A stretch of 64,000 nucleotides of DNA from Euryarchaeota archaeon UBA462 (lineage in GTDB: Archaea > Thermoplasmatota > Poseidoniia > Poseidoniales > Thalassarchaeaceae): positions 8,768 to 72,767 of the forward strand of contig DAYD01000001.1 in assembly GCA_002506755.1 (NCBI GenBank), written 5' to 3'. Of this stretch, positions 19,189 through 27,707 are shown piece by piece. Position 1 is the stretch's first letter; each line of letters starts with the position of its first letter. The position numbers and the translations under genes are program-made. The notes beneath the pieces were generated by a model. That model did not search any database and was not told where the DNA came from. It saw only the letters and a list, made by a program, of their open reading frames with translations.

Positions 19189-19944
19189 ATGGGGGTTGCG
19201 GTTTTAATCAAACAAGTGCCTGACACGACCTCCAAGGTGAGCGTTGCGGGAGACCGAGTTGACGAATCTTCCGTGAGCAAGTGGTCAATCAGCCCCTATG
19301 ACGAGTACGCATTGGAATGCGCAATGCGGCTAAAGGAATCTGGTTATTCTGAAGTGGTGGCCATAACCTGCGGCCCACAGAGATCCTCCAAGGCCCTTAC
19401 TGAGGCAGCTGCGGTTGGGGCTGATTCGTTGATCCATGTCCATGTTGAGGATAGCTTGGACAGCATCCAAGTACAAACACTTCTATCTGCTGCAATAAAA
19501 AGAACTGGGTCCGAAATTGTTCTCTGCGGGAAACAGGCGGCTGATACCAATAGCGGGTCAACTGGGCCTGGAATCGCTAGCATCCTAGACTACTCGTGTG
19601 TAGGGGTTGTCTCGGAAGTCTCTGTCGATGATGGGGTGCTGGTGGCTACTAGACAAGGTCCATCAGGTTTGGAGGAAATTGAAGTATCGGCCCCCTGCCT
19701 TTTCACATTCGATAAAGGGGAGTCGGAACTCAGAAGACCGAATGTAAGAGGCATTATGATGGCGAAAAAGAAGACTGTAGAGGCACTAACACCCGGGGAT
19801 CTGGGTGTTGATTTAGGAGAGTCGGCTGTTATTGTAAATTCACACTCTTCTCCGCCAGATAAACCACCGGGCCAGAAATTTGAAGGGGTTAGTTCTATCG
19901 CTACGGTAGTTCAAAAGCTACGTGATGAAGCGAATGTGATTTAG
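19189..19944 (+). CDS. etfB: Electron transfer flavoprotein beta subunit
   Basis: IKQVPD, SPYDEYALE, CGKQAADTNSG. Confidence 0.93.
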   Translation: MGVAVLIKQVPDTTSKVSVAGDRVDESSVSKWSISPYDEYALECAMRLKESGYSEVVAITCGPQRSSKALTEAAAVGADSLIHVHVEDSLDSIQVQTLLSAAIKRTGSEIVLCGKQAADTNSGSTGPGIASILDYSCVGVVSEVSVDDGVLVATRQGPSGLEEIEVSAPCLFTFDKGESELRRPNVRGIMMAKKKTVEALTPGDLGVDLGESAVIVNSHSSPPDKPPGQKFEGVSSIATVVQKLRDEANVI

Positions 19945-19952
19945 GTGGAAAA

Positions 19953-20882
19953 ATGGAAGTAATAGTTATCTCGGAATCCAACGGTGATTTGCTTCACCCA
20001 GTTACTGCTCAGCTAGTGGGGGCCTCGTCATCTTTGGGAGGGAATATAACCATCCTTTGTCCCGGAGGTAAAGGGTTATCAGAGGCAGCAGAGATCTCAG
20101 GGGTTTCCAAAGTGATCTCTGTAGAGGGAGATTGCTTCCAGTCGTATGACTCCAATGCTTGGTCTAAGGCTTTGGCACCACATGCAGAGGGCGATCTGGT
20201 TCTGACTTCTTCCTCTTCCACTGGAAGGGAGCTTGCCTCCTCCATTGCGGCGATAAGAGGTATACCCGTCCTCCAGGATGCGACGAATATCAGCGAGGGG
20301 ATAGTGGTTTCTAGGCCAATATACTCGGGAAAGGTGATCGAGACTTCCAGTGTTAAAATTCCCTGTGTGATAACCCTAAGGGCTAATTCCTACGAAGCTT
20401 CAGAATCAAGTGGAAAGGCCGAAATTAGCACTGTAAACCAAACCGCTGATGTGACTATATCAATCAGAAAGGCACTTGAGAGGGCAGGAGAGAAAATTGA
20501 CGTTTCAGAAGCAGACATAATTATTTCTGGAGGAAGGGGGATGGGGGAGCCTTCAAACTTCTCCAACTTGGAGGAAGTCGCCGATCTTTTAGGAGCCGCA
20601 GTTGGGGCTAGTAGAGCCGCGGTGGATACGTGGGACGAGATACCACATAGCATGCAAGTAGGGCAAACTGGAAAGACTGTCACTCCGAGCCTTTACATTG
20701 CAGTAGGCATCAGTGGTGCAATACAACATCTCGCTGGAATGAGGACAAGTAAATACATTGTAGCAATAAATAAGGATCCAGAAGCACCAATATTTGGAGT
20801 CGCGGATTACGGAGTCGTTGCCACCTGGGAGGAAGCTCTTCCAGCACTAAAGAACGAGCTTTCCGCTCTTTTGTCAAACTGA
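19953..20882 (+). CDS. etfA: Electron transfer flavoprotein alpha subunit
   Basis: SGGRG, GASRAAVD, QVGQTGK, GISGAIQHLAGM, AINKDPEAPIF. Confidence 0.95.
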   Translation: MEVIVISESNGDLLHPVTAQLVGASSSLGGNITILCPGGKGLSEAAEISGVSKVISVEGDCFQSYDSNAWSKALAPHAEGDLVLTSSSSTGRELASSIAAIRGIPVLQDATNISEGIVVSRPIYSGKVIETSSVKIPCVITLRANSYEASESSGKAEISTVNQTADVTISIRKALERAGEKIDVSEADIIISGGRGMGEPSNFSNLEEVADLLGAAVGASRAAVDTWDEIPHSMQVGQTGKTVTPSLYIAVGISGAIQHLAGMRTSKYIVAINKDPEAPIFGVADYGVVATWEEALPALKNELSALLSN

Positions 20883-22376
20883 TGCCTGCTCTTTTTTCGA
20901 GTCGGATCTGGAATTCTCCACCCTCATTAGATACTCCTCAGTAACTCCTCCGGTGACGTAGACTCCATTGAAACAAGAGCAGTCGAAGTTTGCAAGTGAG
21001 GATTCCCCCCCTGCCAAGCAGGAATTTACCAGATCTTCCAAATTCTGGTAAATTAACCAGTCAGCGCCAATTGTATCGCATATCTGTTCATTAGTTTTCC
21101 CATAGGCGACATATTCCTCCCTAGCTGGCATGTCTATTCCATACACATTTGGATGAATTATGGGGGGCGAAGATGAAGCGAATAGGACTCGAGAAGCTCC
21201 GGCCTCCCTAGCCATACTAACTATCCTCCTAGACGTATTCCCCCTGACAATACTATCATCAACAATGAGCACATTTTTTCCTCTGAACTCGTCATCTACC
21301 GTATTCAATTTCTTTCTAACTGAGTCCTTTCTCATACTCTGTCCCGGCATAATGAAAGTCCTCCCTATGTACCTATTTTTCACAAATCCCTCTCTGTATG
21401 GGACTCCGAGCTCACTGGATAGTCCTAGGGCTGCTATCCTTCCGCTATCTGGGACGGGGATTACAGCATCGATTTTGTGGTCTGGGAGATTTTCCAGAAT
21501 CCGCCTAGCTAGTGACTCTCCCAGCTTCAATCTAGCCTGATGGACGGAAATTCCATCAATGACGGAGTCGGGTCTTGCGAAATATACGTGTTCGAATACA
21601 CAGGGAGTATGCTGAATCTTTTTGTGGCAACGCTTCGAATAGACTTCGCCACCGATCCTAACTATGACTGCCTCACCAGGGATAACGTCCCTATCCAGTT
21701 CGAACCCCAGAGCTTTGCAGGCAACACTTTCAGAAGACACCAATCTTTCAGTAAATTCTCCCGATTCTCGCTTTCCTAAGAATAATGGCCTTATCCCATT
21801 TGGATCTCTAAACGCGACCAAACCCCATCCAGTAATCAGGCAGACCACGCTGTAGCTCCCCTCTAGCCTCATATGCGTCCTCTCAATGGCACGGAAAATA
21901 TCATCCTCGGTTAAGGCGTCCATCCCTCCGGGCCTCCCATTGACTGATCTCTGAACCTCAGCAGCGAATAGGTTGAGTAAGGCTTCGGAGTCTGAGCTTG
22001 TATTGATTCTCCTGTGATCGTATTCTAATAATCCCGAGATTATATCAGGGGTGTTGTTTAGATTTCCATTGTGTGCCAAACTTACGCCAAACGGAGTATT
22101 TGTGTAGAACGGTTGTGCCTCTGCCGAGGAGTTTGAGCCTGCAGTTGGGTATCTAACATGGCCAATCCCCATCGAGCCGACTAATTTCTTCATGTGTCTC
22201 TCTAGAAATACATCACGAACCAAGCCATTGGCCCTCCTATGGCAGATATTCTCAGAGTCACTAGTCACTATTCCAGCAGCATCCTGACCTCTGTGTTGGA
22301 GAACTAAGAGTGCATCATAAATTGAAGTAGCAACTTGGGTACCGGGAGATCCAACGATTCCGATGATGCCGCACAT
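20874..22376 (-). CDS. purF: Amidophosphoribosyltransferase
   Basis: N-terminal MCG, QHRGQDAAG, GHVRYPTAG, HNGN, VDDSIVRGNT PRPP motif. Confidence 0.97.
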   Translation of the reverse strand: MCGIIGIVGSPGTQVATSIYDALLVLQHRGQDAAGIVTSDSENICHRRANGLVRDVFLERHMKKLVGSMGIGHVRYPTAGSNSSAEAQPFYTNTPFGVSLAHNGNLNNTPDIISGLLEYDHRRINTSSDSEALLNLFAAEVQRSVNGRPGGMDALTEDDIFRAIERTHMRLEGSYSVVCLITGWGLVAFRDPNGIRPLFLGKRESGEFTERLVSSESVACKALGFELDRDVIPGEAVIVRIGGEVYSKRCHKKIQHTPCVFEHVYFARPDSVIDGISVHQARLKLGESLARRILENLPDHKIDAVIPVPDSGRIAALGLSSELGVPYREGFVKNRYIGRTFIMPGQSMRKDSVRKKLNTVDDEFRGKNVLIVDDSIVRGNTSRRIVSMAREAGASRVLFASSSPPIIHPNVYGIDMPAREEYVAYGKTNEQICDTIGADWLIYQNLEDLVNSCLAGGESSLANFDCSCFNGVYVTGGVTEEYLMRVENSRSDSKKEQASV

Positions 22377-22431
22377 CGGTTACCGGTCTGCCCTATGCAA
22401 CTAGGACTTAGGGATTTCCCGAAAAGGGGTC

Positions 22432-22617
22432 TCACTTTTTTTGCCACATGGACCTGTTGCGCTTGTTCCATCCGTACTTCCTGATCCTGGAAGTATTTCC
22501 ATAGCCGCAGCTCGCGCATTGGCCCTTCTGCTTGTGATAGGAGTGCCTTCCACATCTCCTACATCTGATGTGGGTTGACTTCTGCCTCTTTCCCATGCTT
22601 GGTGTACCTTTTGACAT
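22432..22617 (-). CDS. rpl37e: 50S ribosomal protein L37e
   Basis: [16 protein letters not shown]...CASCGYG. Confidence 0.97.
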   Translation of the reverse strand: MSKGTPSMGKRQKSTHIRCRRCGRHSYHKQKGQCASCGYGNTSRIRKYGWNKRNRSMWQKK

Positions 22618-22627
22618 ACTTTACCCC

Positions 22628-22906
22628 CTAAGACGACGCGCCCACCGACCGATTTGTTAAGAGGGTTATCCTGAATAGTTGCAAAGTGAATGCAGCTAAA
22701 ATTAGTGGAATAATATCAAAAAAGGCCTCAATAGACAAGCTAATTGTGGACCTTAGGGCCAATATTGGCTCTTCTCCAGTTAATCTGATTGAAGAAAACC
22801 AAGCGGTTATGGTTAGGGTCAAACAGAAAAGTAGCGGCACCGACACTCTATGGTAAGGGTTCCAAGTTGATGCAAGATGAATCAGGAAAAATATGGAGGA
22901 AAACAA
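22628..22906 (-). CDS. Hypothetical membrane protein (may extend to a non-canonical ATT start at 22942)
   Basis: Three hydrophobic segments; sits between co-oriented genes. Confidence 0.55.
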   Translation of the reverse strand: MFSSIFFLIHLASTWNPYHRVSVPLLFCLTLTITAWFSSIRLTGEEPILALRSTISLSIEAFFDIIPLILAAFTLQLFRITLLTNRSVGASS

Positions 22907-22942
22907 TGCCCCACCGACAAATAGAATTATTTCTTCAGAAAT

Positions 22943-23476
22943 CTAATCACCCCCCAATCTCCTTTCCAAAATAATTCTTACAAGACTGCTTTCATTTTCC
23001 GATAGGGGGGCTGATTCGGAATCTAGACCGGTCATTTGTTCTGCAACTACTACTCCAACTCCGAAGGCTAGTAATCCCGAAAAAACACCCAATGTAGCCC
23101 ACGATCCTCTAAGAATACTGTGTAATGATATGGGATTGGAGGAATTAATGAATATATACCAAGATAAGGCAATTAGCACCCATCCGAGTGACAATATGTA
23201 AGGATTGGAGATGCCATAGTTTGAAGACGCCCTTAGGGCCAAAATCGCACCCAAGAAGAACGTAATTGCCCAGGGCAACAAATCAAAAAATGATTGGATT
23301 AATTTGTCTTCAGGGTATACCAATTCTGCCGGCAAAAGGACTAGACAGGTAATTCCTAACAACATCAATGGAGGGCCAAACCTGCCCCTCTCAAAGGCCG
23401 GCCCCATCCTGTGGAGGCACAATCCGATCGTCAGTACGACCAGGGATGCCCAAACAATTGCCTCGCCGTTTTCCAT
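22943..23476 (-). CDS. Hypothetical multi-pass membrane protein
   Basis: About five hydrophobic helices; ATG start. Confidence 0.65.
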   Translation of the reverse strand: MENGEAIVWASLVVLTIGLCLHRMGPAFERGRFGPPLMLLGITCLVLLPAELVYPEDKLIQSFFDLLPWAITFFLGAILALRASSNYGISNPYILSLGWVLIALSWYIFINSSNPISLHSILRGSWATLGVFSGLLAFGVGVVVAEQMTGLDSESAPLSENESSLVRIILERRLGGD

Positions 23477-23606
23477 GATAATTCCACTAAGAGCATGTTC
23501 ATGGGTTTTTCTTTATTGTCATCTCATACCCTTTGCTATCGCTTGGCTAGTTTCATATACGGGACATCGGTGGCTCGCGGCGCACGAGTAGTGTAGAGGT
23601 CATGTA

Positions 23607-23888
23607 ATGGTCAAAATGCCGAGGAAGATTATGAGGTACAGCCCATCTGCTGGTAAGCACACTGAACACACCGTCGAGCGGGTAAAGAAGAGGAGGGCTA
23701 GCGAGTTAAAGTGGGGTCAGAGACGCTTCCGAAGGGTAACTTCTGGGTACAGAGGTTTCCCCAGGCCGAAACCATCCGGGGAAAAGCCTACAAAAAGGGT
23801 GAATCTAATTTTCAGATGTACGGAAACCGGGAAGGCACACTCGCCAAAAGGCAAGCGAGCTAGAAAGTTTGAACTCGTGGATAATTAG
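23607..23888 (+). CDS. rpl44e: 50S ribosomal protein L44e
   Basis: HTEHTV, ASELKWGQRRFRR, KPTKRVNL; first gene of the conserved archaeal operon. Confidence 0.95.
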   Translation: MVKMPRKIMRYSPSAGKHTEHTVERVKKRRASELKWGQRRFRRVTSGYRGFPRPKPSGEKPTKRVNLIFRCTETGKAHSPKGKRARKFELVDN

Positions 23889-23896
23889 GTGAAAGA

Positions 23897-24067
23897 ATGG
23901 CTGGTAAATTTCTCAGAGTCAATTGTAATGACTGTCCTAGTGAGCACATTTTGTTTAGCAGGGCTTCCACTGCTATATCCTGCCCAATATGTGGCTCAAC
24001 TCTAGCGTTGCCTACCGGGGGAAAAGCTGACCTCGTAGGTTGTTCCATTGTAGAGGAGCTCAATTAG
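23897..24067 (+). CDS. rps27e: 30S ribosomal protein S27e
   Basis: Manual translation MAGKFLRVNCNDCPSEHILFSRASTAISCPICGSTLALPTGGKADLVGCSIVEELN; AGGTGA RBS; canonical position. Confidence 0.95.
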   Translation: MAGKFLRVNCNDCPSEHILFSRASTAISCPICGSTLALPTGGKADLVGCSIVEELN

Positions 24068-24079
24068 AGAGGCGGCAAC

Positions 24080-24868
24080 TTGGCTGATGAATATAACGAA
24101 TGGCCCGAAGAAGGGGAGCTTGTGGTTTGCTCTGTGAAGAGCGTTAAGGAAAATGGAGCCTATCTAGACCTTGACTCATACTCCGGCAGAGAAGGTTTCG
24201 TATTCATTGGAGAGATAGCAACGGGATGGGTCAGAAATATCAGAACCCACGTTAGAGAAGGTCAGAGAGTAGTTGCTAAGGTTATCGGAGTAAAGAAGGA
24301 AAGGGAAAGCATCACCCTTTCCATAAAATCTGTATCCGAGGAGAGAAGGAGGGATGCGCTTCAATCGTGGAAGAACGAACAAAGAGCTGCACAGATTATG
24401 AGAGTAGCCGCGGAGAGGATAGGTTGGGATGACGAGAAGACTGCAACCGTTTCCGAAGAGATGAAAGAAGCGTTCGGATCTCTTTACGGGGCACTTGAGG
24501 AGTGCGCGATTAGCGATACTGCTCTCTCTGAAACGGGTTTCGAAGGAGATTGGATGAGCACTGTAACTGAGTTGGCCGTGGAGAACATAATTCCGCCCTT
24601 CGTTGAAATTCGAGGATTATTCGAAATCAAGGTATGGGGTCCTGAAGGGGTTATGGCGATTAGAGAGGCTCTTGAATCGGCAGAGTCCTGTGCCGAGGGA
24701 ATAGAGGAAGTAACGCTAACATGCCACTATGACGGAGCACCAAATTACAGAGTCGATATTAGGGCTCCGGACTACCCGTCTGCTGAGTCTGTTTGGGAGG
24801 CAGCTCAGAATGCTGCCTCAGAAGAAATCAAAGCCGTGGAAGGTTCGATTTTGATAGAACGTCTTTGA
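24080..24868 (+). CDS. eif2a: Translation initiation factor aIF2 alpha subunit
   Basis: WPEEGELVV S1 domain, WVRNIR, GAPNYR; operon context. Confidence 0.95.
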   Translation: MADEYNEWPEEGELVVCSVKSVKENGAYLDLDSYSGREGFVFIGEIATGWVRNIRTHVREGQRVVAKVIGVKKERESITLSIKSVSEERRRDALQSWKNEQRAAQIMRVAAERIGWDDEKTATVSEEMKEAFGSLYGALEECAISDTALSETGFEGDWMSTVTELAVENIIPPFVEIRGLFEIKVWGPEGVMAIREALESAESCAEGIEEVTLTCHYDGAPNYRVDIRAPDYPSAESVWEAAQNAASEEIKAVEGSILIERL

Positions 24869-24921
24869 TGATTGCAGATATAGAACATAATTCATGTACC
24901 TAACTTGATGTAAGATGAAAC

Positions 24922-25128
24922 ATGGTTAGGGGCAAGCTTCAGCGCTGCAAGAAGTGTAGAAGTTTCGGGTTAGGAAATATATGTAAGAAATGCGGAAGCT
25001 CGATGGAGGCTGCAGCAGCTATGAAATACTCGCCGGAAGATCCCCAGGGGGCAAGAAGGAGAAAAAGGCAAAATGCAGGCAGTGAAGAGTGGTTTGACTC
25101 ACTGCCTAGCCCTAGGGAGGAGGAATAA
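24922..25128 (+). CDS. nop10: Nop10 (H/ACA RNP protein)
   Basis: CxxC...CxxCG, KYSPEDP..ARRR; between aIF2a and PAC2. Confidence 0.88.
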   Translation: MVRGKLQRCKKCRSFGLGNICKKCGSSMEAAAAMKYSPEDPQGARRRKRQNAGSEEWFDSLPSPREEE

Positions 25129-25892
25129 TGAACAGGGCTAAAATCCATTGGATATCAAAGAAATCTCTTCCAAAAAAAAGCCTAATTTTAGAGGCTGTTC
25201 CGGGCGTAGGTAATGTTGGAAAGATTTTACTGGATGCCTTGGCAGCAAAACACCCTAGCAGAACTATCGGCTGGATATTGCACCCGGAATTTCCCCCTCA
25301 CGCTTCACTGGGCGGGGATGGTCTGGTAGAGCCTCCCAAATTGGATATCAAAACTATTCTTCTCCCGGACGGTGAGACAATAATTGCAATTACTGGAATC
25401 ATGCAACCAATGACACCAGCCGGGCAATATGAGGTAGCAGAGTCAATTATTGGATTGGCAAAAGAATCAGACTCACCTAGATTGCTAGTTCTGGCTGGAT
25501 TGGCCTCAGAACCTGAAAATCGCTCAATACACGTCATCTGCTCGGATGAGAAAACTCGAAGAGAATTAGAAAGTGATGATATAGAAGTTAGCAGAATTCA
25601 ACCGAAACAGGGGATGATTGGAATAGCGGGAATGGTTCTCTCACTTTCTCCTGTAATAGGGGCCTCCGCCGTAGGAGTAGTGGCGGACACCATCGGAGCG
25701 AGCTCGGACGTACTTGCTGCGGATAGGATGGCAAAATGGATAGAGCAGGCGTTCGATGTTAGTTTAGACCTAGATCTTGACACCACCAAGGAAACTGCAG
25801 GCAAACTTATGGAGGAAATTGGTATTGAGGGGGCCATAGATGAATATTTAGGAATCGAAGAAAAAGAGGTTAGCTCCGATTTCTACGTCTAA
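25128..25892 (+). CDS. Proteasome assembly chaperone PAC2 family
   Basis: PGVGNVGKI, FPP, Q...GQY, C-terminal FYV (HbYX-like); canonical operon position. Confidence 0.88.
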   Translation: MNRAKIHWISKKSLPKKSLILEAVPGVGNVGKILLDALAAKHPSRTIGWILHPEFPPHASLGGDGLVEPPKLDIKTILLPDGETIIAITGIMQPMTPAGQYEVAESIIGLAKESDSPRLLVLAGLASEPENRSIHVICSDEKTRRELESDDIEVSRIQPKQGMIGIAGMVLSLSPVIGASAVGVVADTIGASSDVLAADRMAKWIEQAFDVSLDLDLDTTKETAGKLMEEIGIEGAIDEYLGIEEKEVSSDFYV

Positions 25893-27667
25893 TCGGAGAT
25901 TAGGACATTACGAGCCATTTCTGTCAATTCTATTCCGATTTCCTCAAAGGCATTGGAAACTGATGTAAATGGCCTGCCTTCGGAATTCCTGGAAATCTTC
26001 GCCCTTTTGGTAATTATGGACCATGCTGAATTTTCACCTATGCCTGGAATCGCCTCCAACTGTTTTTGGGTCGCTAAGTTAATGTCTATTCCTAGTTGAA
26101 CTCCTGAAATGCTTCTGTTCCCGTGGCCTGTGACCATTACATCGGAGCTGGTCTCAAGGGGTATCTTGTAGGGGACCCCGACCAAGAGGGGGTATGCCCC
26201 GATTTGCCGGCCGAAAGTCATACCCGGTTCCCCGTTTATATTGGGATCCTTGTGTTTTGGCCCTATCACGTGCTCTGGCTTCCTAATTCTCCCATCATGT
26301 GCTTCCCACCACACACCCCTCAGTATGCTCCCCCTGGGAAACATCTCTCTCAGTAAAGGTCTGTCTACCTCTTCCCTAACATCTCTCTTGAATTTTTGAA
26401 AATGTTTTTCGTTGACTTTTTGGAAATTTAGACCTTCAACTTGCCTTATATTTATTCTTCTAAGCCAGAGGCCCTGATTCTTTATCTTCCTCAGTAAATC
26501 CAGATTTTTCTGATAAGTGATTTCGGATTCCCCGTTTAATCCAGCTATGAAGTTAAGACCTGGTAAGAGCCTAGGAAGTCCACGAGTCCCTTTCTCCTTA
26601 CCATATTTGTTGATTAGAGTTATTGCAGAGATAAGTTGCTTAGAGTCACAATTTAGCCAGTTTTGCTCGTGTACTTTAGGATCGGCCGATTCGATACCAA
26701 AGGAAAGTACTGCACCATCTGAAAGAGTCTCGACAAGTGTTTTTGTAATCTCTGTGGAAGGTTCGATATTCTCTGCGATAATCGAAGGATTCGCATTGTC
26801 CACATGGAGTACTTCAAGTCGGTCGTCTTCCCTCAAAGAATGAAGAACCCTTGCTATTGGCTCAGGCTGGGGGATGGGGTATTCTAGATCCTCAACTCCT
26901 TCGGCAAAGTAGGTGTAAATATCAGTGGCACCACCTAATCTGACGTTCTTTACCCCCGTATCCAATGCAGTTTCTACCTCTTTTATTACGTCCTCCTCTG
27001 GCCTCCAGATGGGAAGTCCCTTCTTCGGCTCAATACAGAATCGACAACCTCTCTTGAACCTCACACAACCTTGGTATAGCTCTACCTCGAAAGTCAGAGG
27101 TCCAGGTGAGCCTTCTTCCAATAGCAAATCTGGATGTTGAGATACTGCCTTTGACCTAGCCCCATAATGAGCCCATAAACTCCACTGTTCTGGGCTCCTT
27201 TTTCTGTTCTCCCAGATGCCCGTGTCAAGAAAGTGGTTAAGTGAGGCATCAGTGTCCTGTACGCAACAGAATATGTCTTCCGAAAGGGGGGCCCATCCAT
27301 GGTACCTCCACTGCCTTATGGCCCAGCCCCCACACAAGATGGGAGTGCCTAGATTAGCTTCCGAAATTACTTGATTTATTTCCCTACTACTTAGTGGAGT
27401 TCCACGGATATATTTCCCTGGAACAACTGCTCCAGCCAGTATAACTAGTCCATCGAATTCAGAGAAATCTATACTGTATGATTTACTATTATTATTTCTC
27501 TTATTTTTATTCCTAATTCTCCATTGGTCTACTGTCACATAATCATATGCAATCCCCCTGGATTCCAATACGCCACAAATGTACCTGATGTGGAAACCCA
27601 AATAATTTGGGACTCCAAATGCTGCTGGTTCGTCTTCATAACCGTCGAAGATCAACCATCGACCCAT
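25889..27667 (-). CDS. Radical SAM protein, archaeal COG1031-like, with C-terminal helix-hairpin-helix
   Basis: DGYEDEPAAFGVP, GCVRFKRGCRFCIEP, LRRINIRQV, GRQIGAYP, LEAIPGIG. Confidence 0.85.
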   Translation of the reverse strand: MGRWLIFDGYEDEPAAFGVPNYLGFHIRYICGVLESRGIAYDYVTVDQWRIRNKNKRNNNSKSYSIDFSEFDGLVILAGAVVPGKYIRGTPLSSREINQVISEANLGTPILCGGWAIRQWRYHGWAPLSEDIFCCVQDTDASLNHFLDTGIWENRKRSPEQWSLWAHYGARSKAVSQHPDLLLEEGSPGPLTFEVELYQGCVRFKRGCRFCIEPKKGLPIWRPEEDVIKEVETALDTGVKNVRLGGATDIYTYFAEGVEDLEYPIPQPEPIARVLHSLREDDRLEVLHVDNANPSIIAENIEPSTEITKTLVETLSDGAVLSFGIESADPKVHEQNWLNCDSKQLISAITLINKYGKEKGTRGLPRLLPGLNFIAGLNGESEITYQKNLDLLRKIKNQGLWLRRINIRQVEGLNFQKVNEKHFQKFKRDVREEVDRPLLREMFPRGSILRGVWWEAHDGRIRKPEHVIGPKHKDPNINGEPGMTFGRQIGAYPLLVGVPYKIPLETSSDVMVTGHGNRSISGVQLGIDINLATQKQLEAIPGIGENSAWSIITKRAKISRNSEGRPFTSVSNAFEEIGIELTEMARNVLISD

Positions 27668-27707
27668 GGTAATTTATCCGGGCAGGGAGGTGGACTTGAC
27701 CATTCGC

